Assembly (NCBI GenBank): GCA_948466395.1
Contig: CAOKAG010000003.1
Span: 11,062-75,061, forward strand
Direction: 5' to 3'
DNA: 64,000 nt
Origin: an uncultured Mycoplasmatota bacterium
Lineage (GTDB): Bacteria > Bacillota_I > Bacilli_A > RF39 > UBA660
Below, piece by piece: positions 1 through 9,201 of this stretch. Within the stretch, counting starts at the first letter, position 1. Each line of letters starts with the position of its first letter. Position numbers and translations under genes: made by a program. The notes beneath the pieces are model-generated. The model was not told the origin of the DNA, made no database searches, and worked only from the letters and a program-made list of their open reading frames with translations.

Positions 1-1051
1 ATACCAAGGAAATTATCTTTTAACCAGTAAAGTCGAAGTAGAAAAAAATCGAGTAAACCTAGGTATAGATGACGTTTTAATTGAAATTGATGACCACGAT
101 TCCATAGAACAACTCACCCTTAATAATGAAAGAAAATTTGAAATTCATTACCCAAATTTAGAAGATTTTAGTAAAGAAGACAAGAAAAAAGTAGAAGAAA
201 ACGTCACTCATTACTTGAAAAAAGTAGACGAGTTAATTAAAAATCCTAAAACAACCACAGAAGAGCTCACCCGTTTTATTGACTTAGAATCGTTTGCCAA
301 ATACTATTGGATGCAAGAGCTCTCTTTAAATATGGATGGAACCATCAATAGTTTCTATCTCTATATTCAAGAGGGTAGACTTTACGCTGGACCCGTTTGG
401 GATATGGATGCCACGATGAATCGTAGTTACCTTTATACGAAAACCAAAGGTTATTATCTAACGGAAGACACCTATCTATACCAAAGAAAAAGAAAAAATT
501 GGTTTCGAGATTTAATAAAAAGAGAAGACTTTTCTAAAGAAGTAGACGAAATCTTTATAACGTATTTAGACGTTTTTGAAAAATTACCAGAAAAATTAGA
601 AAACTATGTAAATCAAATAACGCCAAGTGCCAACATGAATTATAAAAGATGGCCTTATGAAAACATGATGAAAAAACAAGGTCAAAAGTGGCGTCCTAAC
701 GATAAAAGCTTTGAAACCAGTGTAAACTTATTAAAAGAAGACCTAAAAACTAGACTAAACTGGTACAAAGAACAATACCCTTTATATGAAGCCTTTATCA
801 TTAAAGAATATGAAAATGAAATCTTCTTAAAAGAAACACAAATAACATCAAAGCAAACAACAAATTTAGATTCAAAAACAACTAAAATGGAACTTTATGG
901 AGTCAAAGAGGGCAAAAGGGAAAAATTAAAAGAACAAAATATAAAAGAAGAAACAACACCAATTGAATTGGTTTTAACTAAAAAAACAACTTCCAAATAC
1001 AAAAAGGACAATCAAACAATTTATTATTTTACCTTAAAGAAAGAGGAGTGA
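1..1051 (+). CDS. CotH-like protein (spore coat protein H family), 5' end lies beyond the window
   Basis: The reading frame is open from position 2 to the stop at 1049-1051. The motif block '...NSFYLY...GPVWDMDATMN' matches my recollection of the CotH family. A phosphodiester glycosidase gene follows immediately. Confidence 0.45.
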   Translation, partial: YQGNYLLTSKVEVEKNRVNLGIDDVLIEIDDHDSIEQLTLNNERKFEIHYPNLEDFSKEDKKKVEENVTHYLKKVDELIKNPKTTTEELTRFIDLESFAKYYWMQELSLNMDGTINSFYLYIQEGRLYAGPVWDMDATMNRSYLYTKTKGYYLTEDTYLYQRKRKNWFRDLIKREDFSKEVDEIFITYLDVFEKLPEKLENYVNQITPSANMNYKRWPYENMMKKQGQKWRPNDKSFETSVNLLKEDLKTRLNWYKEQYPLYEAFIIKEYENEIFLKETQITSKQTTNLDSKTTKMELYGVKEGKREKLKEQNIKEETTPIELVLTKKTTSKYKKDNQTIYYFTLKKEE

Positions 1052-1055
1052 GGAT

Positions 1056-1919
1056 TTGAAACATTTATATACCATTATTTTTAGCTTAGGCCTAATCGCT
1101 TTTACCGCTTTTGTTTTATGTGATACCTTTCTTCTAAGCACCTCTTATGAAGTAATAGAAGAAAAAGAAGAACCATCTATAAACGACAGTACTGAAATCA
1201 TTCAAGAAAAAGATTATTATAAAGATAACCATATTGAAATAAAACTCACCACCAGTAGAAAATTTAATACAGACATTTATATAGCGGATGTGAAAATCAA
1301 AGACATAAAATACTTAAAAACCGCTTTTGCTAAAAACACATTTGGTAAAAATATTACAGACTACACCTCAACCATAGCCAAAAATCATGAAGCCATTTTA
1401 GCAATCAACGGGGATTTTTATGGCGTACAAGAAAAAGGTTTTGTTTTAAAAAATGGCATAATCTATCGTGAATCAGTTAAAAAAAATCAAGAGGATTTAA
1501 TCATTAAAAAAGAGGGGAGTTTTGATTTTATAAAGGAAGACGAAACCAATTTAAAAAATATAGAGGCAAAAGAACTCTTATCTTTTGGTCCTGTTCTCAT
1601 TAAAGAGGGCGAAATAAAAGTAAATAAAAATAGCACCGTTCAAAAAGAATTAAAAAGTAACCCAAGAACCGCTATAGCTATGTATGAACCGCTTCATTAT
1701 GTCTTTATGGTTTCAGATGGAAGAACCAGTGAAAGTGAAGGACTTTCTCTTTATGAAATGGCAGAAGTATTAAAAGAACTAGGAGTAAAAATGGCTTATA
1801 ATTTAGATGGAGGCGGTTCTAGTAGCTTATACTTTAATGGTGAAATCATAAACAAACCTATGAATAAAGGAAAACTAGGAGAAAGGAAAGTGAGTGACAT
1901 TGTTTACATCGGTTATTAA
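1056..1919 (+). CDS. Phosphodiester glycosidase family protein (DUF2233/NAGPA-like), membrane-anchored
   Basis: N-terminal hydrophobic anchor. 'LDGGGSSSLYFNGEII' is the characteristic phosphodiester-glycosidase motif. TTG start lies 4 nt after the previous stop. Confidence 0.55.
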   Translation: MKHLYTIIFSLGLIAFTAFVLCDTFLLSTSYEVIEEKEEPSINDSTEIIQEKDYYKDNHIEIKLTTSRKFNTDIYIADVKIKDIKYLKTAFAKNTFGKNITDYTSTIAKNHEAILAINGDFYGVQEKGFVLKNGIIYRESVKKNQEDLIIKKEGSFDFIKEDETNLKNIEAKELLSFGPVLIKEGEIKVNKNSTVQKELKSNPRTAIAMYEPLHYVFMVSDGRTSESEGLSLYEMAEVLKELGVKMAYNLDGGGSSSLYFNGEIINKPMNKGKLGERKVSDIVYIGY

Positions 1920-2235
1920 ACGCTATCCAAAAAAATATTTAGGAATCAGCCTTTTTTGTTTTTTATTCTCTTGGATATATGAGTCTTTTTCTCATGGCGT
2001 TTTATCGATTTACATGATAATTCCAGGTGGAGTGGTTTTACTAGGAGGCTTTTTTTCTTTATTTTTTAGGTCACTTTCGGCTAAATTTTATCATTCCTCT
2101 CTTGCTTGTTTTGTCTTTTATCTTTATTTAAAAGGCATTTTAGAAATTTATGGAACGACCAATCAATATGTTATTTATTATCTTTACGCTTCTGGGCTAT
2201 TTTTATTATTAAGTTTTCTTTTTCATAAACGTTAA
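1894..2235 (+). CDS. Small integral membrane protein, hypothetical
   Basis: 113-aa ORF with three hydrophobic segments. It overlaps the upstream gene's end. No recognisable motif. Confidence 0.3.
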   Translation: MTLFTSVIKRYPKKYLGISLFCFLFSWIYESFSHGVLSIYMIIPGGVVLLGGFFSLFFRSLSAKFYHSSLACFVFYLYLKGILEIYGTTNQYVIYYLYASGLFLLLSFLFHKR

Positions 2236-2274
2236 ACGATTCAAAAAACATAACTAAAAAATTTAGGGGGAGCT

Positions 2275-2940
2275 ATGAATAAAAGATTATCAGAGATTTC
2301 ATATCATGAAATTTTAACAAAAGCATCCAAAGATGATATTGAAAAAATAGTTTTCGAGAAAAAAAGAATATTAAATTCAAATGAAGAGTTTAATAATCAA
2401 CCTTATGACATTGGTTTTATATTTGGTGGAATTTCAATGCTACCTTATAGAGTAGAAAAAGGAATAGAACTTTACAATAAAAAAATAGTCGACCGACTTG
2501 TTGTTTCTGGCGGGATTGGTTTTCAAAATGTGGATAGAAAAAATACCGAAGCGGATAAAATGAAACGCTATTTATTAGAACAGGGTATTTCAAAAGAAGA
2601 CATTATTGTAGAGCGTTTTTCTAGGAATACCGTTGAAAACATAGAAAACACTTTTAAAATATTAAGTTATGAATATGGATCCGTTGATGCTTTAAATTAT
2701 GTTTTAATTACTTCAGACTTTCATGTTAAAAGAGGTTTAGGGTTATTTGAAAAAGCCATTAATTCGACTGGAAATTTCACAGGTTGTGGAATCAAAGACG
2801 GAGTAAAAGATAAAGAAAATTGGCGTAATTCTCTTGCTGGGAAAAAACAGATTTATTTGGAAGCGATAGCATTATGCTTATACGCCAAACAAGGACGTCT
2901 TAAAGATGAAGAAATCAGTGAACTTGTGTTAAGAAAATAA
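2275..2940 (+). CDS. DUF218 (YdcF/ElyC/SanA-like) domain protein
   Basis: RBS GGGGGAG sits 5 nt upstream. 'DRLVVSGGIG' and the overall length fit the DUF218 fold. Confidence 0.5.
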   Translation: MNKRLSEISYHEILTKASKDDIEKIVFEKKRILNSNEEFNNQPYDIGFIFGGISMLPYRVEKGIELYNKKIVDRLVVSGGIGFQNVDRKNTEADKMKRYLLEQGISKEDIIVERFSRNTVENIENTFKILSYEYGSVDALNYVLITSDFHVKRGLGLFEKAINSTGNFTGCGIKDGVKDKENWRNSLAGKKQIYLEAIALCLYAKQGRLKDEEISELVLRK

Positions 2941-3063
2941 TAGAAATGATGCGTATACTTTAAAAAGAATCGAAAATAATACTTATAAGTTGTCAAGAAC
3001 AATGAAATAAGTATATTTTTTTTTGAAAGTATAATATAATTAAAAAAGATAGGAGTTTTAAAT

Positions 3064-3738
3064 ATGAATATAGTAGATACCATTATACTTTTCTTTTTAG
3101 CATTAGGAGCAGTGGTTGGTTTTAAAAAAGGAATTATAGAAAATGTTGTATCCTTTGTAGGAACGATTATCGTAATTATGATTTCTTTTGCACTAAAAAA
3201 TAGAATCGCCATCATCATGTATACCTATTTACCATTTTTTAAAGTAGGAATGCCCGTTATAAACATTTTAATTTATGAAGCCTTAGCTTTTTTACTTGTT
3301 TTTTCATTATTATCTGTCTTATTAAAAATCTTGATAAAAATTTCAGGAATCATTGAAAAGTTTTTAGATTTCACCATTGTCTTAGCCATACCTTCTAAAA
3401 TTCTTGGAGCCCTTTTTGGTTTTTTAGAAATGTATTTATTTATTTTCGTAGTTCTTTTCTCTCTAGCTGCCTTTAATTTTAATAACAGTTTAATTACCGA
3501 TAGTAAAATAGGAGATTTTATAGTTACTCATACCCCATTTATATCTAAAGGACTAGAAAATACCTATAAAGCCATTAAAGAAGTCATTCAACTAAATAAA
3601 GACTATAAAGAAAGTCAAGAACAAGACCTATTAGATGAAAAAGCCATTAAAATATTACTGGATTACAACATTATTACGAAAGAAAACTTGAATAAATTAG
3701 TAGAAAAAGGTAAAATAAAACCCATTACAACCCATTAG
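3064..3738 (+). CDS. CvpA-family membrane protein (colicin V production protein-like)
   Basis: RBS AGGAG. Four to five TM helices. The N-terminus 'MNIVDTIILFFLALGAVVGFKKG' is typical of CvpA. Confidence 0.5.
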   Translation: MNIVDTIILFFLALGAVVGFKKGIIENVVSFVGTIIVIMISFALKNRIAIIMYTYLPFFKVGMPVINILIYEALAFLLVFSLLSVLLKILIKISGIIEKFLDFTIVLAIPSKILGALFGFLEMYLFIFVVLFSLAAFNFNNSLITDSKIGDFIVTHTPFISKGLENTYKAIKEVIQLNKDYKESQEQDLLDEKAIKILLDYNIITKENLNKLVEKGKIKPITTH

Positions 3739-3752
3739 AAAGGAATCAAAAA

Positions 3753-4046
3753 ATGATAAAATATTTAGAAAAAGAAAACTTAATTGATTTAGTAAAAGAG
3801 GGAATTCACATCGTTGATTTTTACGCCGATTGGTGTGGCCCATGTAAAATGTTAGGGAGCGTTTTAGAAAATATGGAAGAAGTAAACATTATAAAAATAA
3901 ACACCGATACTCATCAAGAATTAGCAAGCGAATATGGTGTTATGAGTATCCCTACTTTAATCTTTTTTAAAGATGGAAAAGAAATGAGAAAAGAAATTGG
4001 TTTTAAAGACGAAGAACAACTAAGAAACATTTTAGAAACCATATAA
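3753..4046 (+). CDS. trxA: Thioredoxin
   Basis: WCGPC active site within a 97-aa thioredoxin fold. Confidence 0.9.
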   Translation: MIKYLEKENLIDLVKEGIHIVDFYADWCGPCKMLGSVLENMEEVNIIKINTDTHQELASEYGVMSIPTLIFFKDGKEMRKEIGFKDEEQLRNILETI

Positions 4047-4072
4047 GATAGCATGCTATCTTTTTTATTTTT
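4047..4072 (+). terminator. Rho-independent terminator after trxA
   Basis: Perfect hairpin gatagc-at-gctatc (4047-4060) directly followed by a T-run. Confidence 0.65.
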
Positions 4073-4222
4073 TTAAAAATAGCCTTCAAAATTTTGTAAT
4101 ATTTAAAGTAAAACGATAAGAGTCTTCTCTTCTTTTTCTTAAAAATTAGGAACGCATAAAAAGTTCTAAAACTATTGTTTTTTGCATAAAAAAAGAGTAT
4201 AGTAAACAAAAGGAAGTGAATT

Positions 4223-4648
4223 ATGGATTTATGGATTCTTTGGTTAATTGTTGTCATTTTCTTATCCATAGCTGAAGTAAGTACTCTAAATTTAGTCTCA
4301 ATATGGTTTATAATAAGTGGAATCATATCACTCATTACTTCATTCTTTATTGAAAATTTCTTTATTCAATTTTCCATATTTGTAATACTTGGAATACTAC
4401 TTTTGATCACGACGAGAAAAATATTAGAAAAAACACTAAAACCAAAATCAGAAAAAACCAATTTAGATCGTGTGATTGGTATGACCGCTATTGTCACAAA
4501 TCCTATAAGCAAAAATCATATAGGAGAAGTGAAAGTAGATGGGAAACATTGGAGTGCCATTTCAGATGAGAAATTGGAAAAAGACGACGAAGCCGTTGTA
4601 GAAAAAATCGACGGAGTAAAATTAATGGTTAGAAAGAAGGAAGTTTAA
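4223..4648 (+). CDS. NfeD-family membrane protein (C-terminal OB-fold), partner of the SPFH protein
   Basis: Multi-TM N-terminus and a soluble C-terminal beta domain. The stop lies 1 nt before the SPFH gene, matching the conserved NfeD-stomatin operon arrangement. Confidence 0.6.
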   Translation: MDLWILWLIVVIFLSIAEVSTLNLVSIWFIISGIISLITSFFIENFFIQFSIFVILGILLLITTRKILEKTLKPKSEKTNLDRVIGMTAIVTNPISKNHIGEVKVDGKHWSAISDEKLEKDDEAVVEKIDGVKLMVRKKEV

Positions 4649-4649
4649 T

Positions 4650-5543
4650 ATGCCATTTTTAATTGCAATTTTAATTATTGTTATTATCATTGTTATTCCT
4701 TGTGTAAAAGTCGTTCCACAAGCGAAAACATATGTAATCGAAAGACTAGGTTCTTATTATACGACTTGGAAAAATGGGTTACATTTTAAAATCCCATTTG
4801 TAGATCGTGTAGCAAATCAAGTAAGTTTAAAAGAAATTGTTAAAGACTTTGCACCTCAACCTGTGATTACTAAAGATAATGTCACAATGCAAATCGATAC
4901 GGTGGTTTATTTTCAAATCACTGATGCTAAACTTTATACGTATGGGGTAGAATACCCAATTAGTGCTATTGAAAATTTAACAGCCACCACTTTAAGAAAT
5001 ATTATTGGAGAATTAGAACTTGATCAAACATTAACATCAAGAGACATCATAAACTCAAAAATGCGTTCTATTCTAGACGAAGCAACAGATCCTTGGGGAA
5101 TTAAAGTCAATCGTGTCGAAGTAAAAAATATTTTGCCACCCAAAGACATTCAAGAAGCCATGGAAAAACAAATGCGTGCTGAACGTGAAAGAAGAGAAAA
5201 AATTCTTCAAGCTGAAGGAGAAAAGAAATCAAGTGTTTTAATTGCTGAAGGAGAAAAAGAAAGTGCTATTCTTCGTGCCGAAGCTGAAAAAGAATCAAAA
5301 ATAAAAAGAGCTGAAGGAGAAGCGGAAGCCATGCTTAAAATTAAAACCGCCGAAGCTGAAGGAATTAAACTTTTAAAAGATGCGAAAGCAGATAGTTCTG
5401 TATTAACACTAAAAAGCTATGAAGCTTTATCTAACTTAGCAAATGGTCAAGCAACAAAATTAATTGTACCAAGCAACCTTGAAGGAATCGCAACTTTTGG
5501 AACCGCTTTAAAGGAAGTTATGGAAGACAAAAAAAGCAAATAA
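4650..5543 (+). CDS. floA: SPFH/band-7 (stomatin/flotillin-like) protein, FloA-like
   Basis: N-terminal TM, SPFH core 'VVPQAKTYVIERLG...FQITDA...', and a C-terminal EA-repeat coiled coil. Context matches B. subtilis yqeZ-floA. Confidence 0.65.
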   Translation: MPFLIAILIIVIIIVIPCVKVVPQAKTYVIERLGSYYTTWKNGLHFKIPFVDRVANQVSLKEIVKDFAPQPVITKDNVTMQIDTVVYFQITDAKLYTYGVEYPISAIENLTATTLRNIIGELELDQTLTSRDIINSKMRSILDEATDPWGIKVNRVEVKNILPPKDIQEAMEKQMRAERERREKILQAEGEKKSSVLIAEGEKESAILRAEAEKESKIKRAEGEAEAMLKIKTAEAEGIKLLKDAKADSSVLTLKSYEALSNLANGQATKLIVPSNLEGIATFGTALKEVMEDKKSK

Positions 5544-5721
5544 ACATTATCAAGTTAAATAACGGTTAAGATTTTTAAAGACGCAACCTTAAGCAAGTAG
5601 AAAAATTTGTTTTTGGACAGTGTCTTTTTTTATACTAAAATGTATTGAAATTAGTTATTAATGCCAAAATCTCGAGAAAAATGGTATAATGTGATTAATA
5701 AAAAATTATGGAGGAGTTTTT

Positions 5722-6387
5722 ATGGAAAATAAATACAAATTGACCAGAGAACAAAACGTTTTCATAGCTAAAAGAAATATTGTAGATTATATCTGGAAAA
5801 GTGCTAATTTAGAAGGAATAGCAGTTACTTACCCAGAAACTCAAGCCATTTATGATGGTGGAATTGTAAATGGTCTTACTGTCGATAATGTTATTGCTAT
5901 CAATAATTTAAAATACGCTTGGCAATTTATACTAGAAGAAGAGGATGTAAATAATGATTTTAAAGCAATAAGTTATTTACATAAATTAGTTTGTGATAAA
6001 TTAGTGTTCGAAGAAAATCTTGGAAAAATAAGAACAACTCCTGTAAATATTGGAGGAACGAAATGGCAGCCCAGTTTTCCCATTGAAAGCCAAATAAAAG
6101 AAGAATTAGAAAGTCTCTTAAATCAAAGTGAAAAAACAAAAACAGAAATAGCTATTGAAATAATGTTATGGCTGATGAGAAGACAAATGTTTATTGATGG
6201 AAATAAACGCGTAGCAATGCTTTTTGCCAATAAAATAATGATTGAGAATGGCTGTGGCATACTTACTATTGCTCAAGAAAATCAAACTTTGTTTTTAGAA
6301 AAGTTAATTAACTATTATGAAACAGGAGATAATTCAGATTTAAAAAAATGGATTTATGAAACAAGTATTGATGGAATAAATTTATAA
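5722..6387 (+). CDS. Fic/Doc-family protein (Doc-like motif FIDGNKR)
   Basis: Extended -10 promoter TGGTATAAT and RBS GGAGG. The motif 'QMFIDGNKRVAMLF' resembles the Doc HxFx(D/N)GNKR core, but the His is replaced by Gln. Confidence 0.45.
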   Translation: MENKYKLTREQNVFIAKRNIVDYIWKSANLEGIAVTYPETQAIYDGGIVNGLTVDNVIAINNLKYAWQFILEEEDVNNDFKAISYLHKLVCDKLVFEENLGKIRTTPVNIGGTKWQPSFPIESQIKEELESLLNQSEKTKTEIAIEIMLWLMRRQMFIDGNKRVAMLFANKIMIENGCGILTIAQENQTLFLEKLINYYETGDNSDLKKWIYETSIDGINL

Positions 6388-6466
6388 AAAAATGAGTAAA
6401 AAGCTATGAGAGAAGTATAGAAAAAATTTATTTTAGATAAAAGAATATTTAAAAAAATATGAAAAT

Positions 6467-6830
6467 TTGAAAGTGGGTGTAGTCATTTGTACTGGCATAA
6501 AAAATACTTATTTTCAAAAAGGCATATCAGAAGAAATAAATAACACTATAAAAAACGTAAAAGAGAAATTTCAAGAGATTGAACTATCTGAATACCCCGT
6601 AATTAGGAAATGGAGAGATATTTATAAAGACTTTGGTGAGAAAAAAGCCGCTCTTCTGTTGAAGCATTAATAAGCAGAACTATAAATGGAAACCCCATCC
6701 CTAATATAGATGACAATGAGACCCTGAAGGAGGCTTTAAAAAAACTATCAGAACTTATTCAATCAAATTTAGGTGGTACAACAAAAATAGCGATTCTTGA
6801 TGAACAAAATAATGTAATTAATATATAAGA
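6467..6830 (+). pseudogene. B3/4-domain protein gene disrupted by a frameshift at an A6 tract near 6650 (N-terminus possibly also truncated)
   Basis: The annotated ORF ends '...GEKKAALLLKH*'. The +2 frame continues with the B3/4 hallmark 'SVEALISRTINGNPIPNIDDNETLKEALKKL...'. Confidence 0.45.
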
Positions 6831-6890
6831 TAGAGAGTTAAAAAAGAATTGTCTATAATTTTATCTTTAATTATAATTTGAAATTTGTTC

Positions 6891-6921
6891 TTGACAAATG
6901 GGGGGGGGGTTAAGCTACAAT
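6891..6921 (+). promoter_or_regulatory. Sigma-A-like promoter TTGACA-N19-TACAAT with a G10 homopolymer (6900-6909) inside the spacer; candidate slipped-strand phase-variable promoter
   Basis: Read directly: ttgacaaatggggggggggttaagctacaat. Loss of two Gs would give the optimal 17-nt spacing. Confidence 0.45.
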
Positions 6922-7081
6922 ATCTCTTAATTAAAAGGGGATTATAATGGAATAGGTAAAACGTAATTTTAATGGTGAAGAAACTTTTATAACTGAATAT
7001 AGAATAAAAAATGCACAAACTAAGGATGCACAAATCATTGTTAAAACCGCATCAGGAGATTATTATAAAGCATCTTGTACA

Positions 7082-7789
7082 ATGGAAGATTTAGAGGCAA
7101 TTCGTGGGAGAATGCAACAAGAATATTTTGATGCAGAAGAATATGAATTTAATTTTATTCAAAAATTGTTATGTTGTGGTGCTACTCTTTCATTTGGATT
7201 AGGGGCTTGGACATCAAGTTATATGCTTTTGACTACTTCTAAATGGACCAATTTGGCAATATGTGCAGGAGTCCTTTCTATTGGAACTGTGATAAAATGC
7301 CTATATCAAACTGTAAAAAATACAATAAAACTTAGAAAATCTAAAAAAACAAAACCTAATTTAGAAAAACACGATATTTGGACTGACGAGTTATCTAAAA
7401 GCAGATGGGCAGAAAAAAAGGTAAATATTTTGTTTAATAAGAATAAAGGCTCAAAATCAATTTCATCAACACTAAGAGCACAAACAATATTTTTTCCTAG
7501 CGATTTAGATGAATTAGAATATACGGTATTAACGCAAATTTCAGAATCAGAAGCAAATTGGGCTAATTTACCTGACTATCACAATTGGATGCAAGAAACG
7601 AATCACGCAAGAAGAAAGAGAAGAACACAGAAAGTAAAAAAAGAGTCACAAACAGATAAACAAACTTTATCAAAAAATAACGAACCATTTATGAAACCTT
7701 ATATAGATTTTAAGCGTAGTCGTAGTAATTTTGGCTATGAAGAAGTTCCAAATGAAGAGAAACGCTTCACAAGAGTGCTAAAGAAATAG
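7082..7789 (+). CDS. Membrane protein, hypothetical (two TM helices, Lys/Arg-rich C-terminus)
   Basis: 235-aa ORF; first in-frame ATG. TM segment 'LLCCGATLSFGLGAWTSSYMLL...ICAGVLSIGTVI'. Confidence 0.45.
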   Translation: MEDLEAIRGRMQQEYFDAEEYEFNFIQKLLCCGATLSFGLGAWTSSYMLLTTSKWTNLAICAGVLSIGTVIKCLYQTVKNTIKLRKSKKTKPNLEKHDIWTDELSKSRWAEKKVNILFNKNKGSKSISSTLRAQTIFFPSDLDELEYTVLTQISESEANWANLPDYHNWMQETNHARRKRRTQKVKKESQTDKQTLSKNNEPFMKPYIDFKRSRSNFGYEEVPNEEKRFTRVLKK

Positions 7790-7904
7790 AAAAAAATTCG
7801 CAGAGATGCGGTTTTCTTTTACTTTAATTTTTATATTTATATAGAGTTATATAAAACTTAGTAGTATAATGTTGACTATCATATTGTAAAAGGAGTAGTA
7901 AAAG

Positions 7905-9194
7905 ATGTTTAAAAAACAAAAATTAGTAGAAGCACCATTAGGATATTGGGAAAAAAAATCTTATATGTTAGCCATACCCGAAAAAGAGGAAAATGATGAA
8001 ATTTTGAAAAAAAGTTTAGAACGAATTGCAAGCATTAAAGGCGTAAAAATAAAAGAAAATCATTATGATCGTGAAAAAAATCTTTTTTATGCCACAATAA
8101 TTTATGAAAAAGAAGAATATGAAATAGGTTTTTATGTAGGAGATGTGTCTATTCCTAACTATTACTTAAACAAAAATTATCTTTTCAAAGAAGAAGAAAT
8201 AGAGCTTCTTTTAAATGCCAAAAGAGCGTTGACCCTCTTTATGAAATTTCATGATCATCCTAAAAAAGATTATCATTTACAAATAAAATTGGCTTACGCA
8301 ATGGTTCCTGATTTAATTGGAGTCATGGATGAAAGTGCGGAAAAAGTGATTCCTAAAAAGTGGGTAGAATTAAGTGCGAAATCTAGCGTAGAGCCAAGTG
8401 CAAAAGACTTATTCTTAGTTCAAGCCGTTTCTGAAGAAAAAGGAAGCGTTTGGCTTCATACTCATGGACTTTGTCGATGTGGCATCACTGAGTTAGAAAT
8501 ATTGGATTCAAAAAATGAGAACTATCAAAATCATTACAACTTAATTGCAACTTATGCGATGTATTTAATTGACAAAAAAAGCGAAGTTGATCCAAGAAAT
8601 AATGGGGCTTATATAGGACGCTTAATAAATGGCTATCCTGTAGTAGTCACTTGTAAATCATGGATAGAAGGATTAAAAGAATACAAAAAAATAGATTTGG
8701 GAGGAGAAAAAGACCGCCAATCAAGTCATAACAGTTGGACCAGTATCATTTTTCTATACAAAAGTGAAAAAGATGAAGAAAAAGGCAAAGTTAGTAAAAT
8801 TACAGATTACGATCAATTATGGGGAGACAACCCAATCTTTTTTATCAGCAACGAAGAAACAAGTCGTATGAAAGCGCTTGCTATCGAACGATTTAATTAC
8901 GTAAAAGAAAGTTTTAAAAATAAAGAAAACAAGATTCTCATCAAAGTAGGATTACCTTTAGAAGAAAAAGGCCAATTTGAACACATCTGGTTTGAACTTT
9001 TAGAATTAAAAGAAAATAAATTTAAAGCCAAGTTGACACAAGAACCCTATGATGTAAAAGACTTGCATACAGGAGATGAAGCGTGGTATACGACTCAAGA
9101 AATCACCGATTGGATTATTTACACCAAAGACTTTGCTGTGAATCCAAATAACGCTTACCTTTTAGAAATAGAAAAAGAAACAAAAAGAAAGTAG
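7905..9194 (+). CDS. Hypothetical protein (possible DUF4026/DUF2314-like), contains HTHGLCRCG cluster
   Basis: RBS AAGGAG. 429-aa ORF. The His/Cys cluster 'WLHTHGLCRCGITELE' and the C-terminal 'EHIWFELLEL...GDEAWYTTQEITDW' recall DUF2314. The stop lies 8 nt before the next gene. Confidence 0.45.
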   Translation: MFKKQKLVEAPLGYWEKKSYMLAIPEKEENDEILKKSLERIASIKGVKIKENHYDREKNLFYATIIYEKEEYEIGFYVGDVSIPNYYLNKNYLFKEEEIELLLNAKRALTLFMKFHDHPKKDYHLQIKLAYAMVPDLIGVMDESAEKVIPKKWVELSAKSSVEPSAKDLFLVQAVSEEKGSVWLHTHGLCRCGITELEILDSKNENYQNHYNLIATYAMYLIDKKSEVDPRNNGAYIGRLINGYPVVVTCKSWIEGLKEYKKIDLGGEKDRQSSHNSWTSIIFLYKSEKDEEKGKVSKITDYDQLWGDNPIFFISNEETSRMKALAIERFNYVKESFKNKENKILIKVGLPLEEKGQFEHIWFELLELKENKFKAKLTQEPYDVKDLHTGDEAWYTTQEITDWIIYTKDFAVNPNNAYLLEIEKETKRK

Positions 9195-9201
9195 AAAAAG
9201 A

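Noticed and set aside
2853-3218. Minus-strand ORFs inside or antisense to confident + strand genes (examples: 2853-3218, 4003-4335, 15507-15761, 15809-16030, 18077-18262, 18341-18601, 19491-19925, 20552-20779, 22566-22778, 27960-28220, 30681-31086, 31229-31486, 35676-37181, 37496-37888, 38714-39644, 39855-40037, 42053-42364, 42851-43087, 43551-43823, 44851-45075, 49241-49483, 50253-50438, 52482-53068, 55726-55956, 56918-57151, 58066-58260, 62059-62391)
   Set aside because: They lie antisense to well-supported genes. They are Phe/Leu/Ile/Lys-rich, as expected from an AT-rich antisense strand. None has an RBS or a recognisable motif.
6818-7033. 71-aa minus-strand ORF spanning the G10 tract
   Set aside because: The poly-G translates to a PPPF run only by chance. 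It has no RBS, and it overlaps the promoter that better explains the region.
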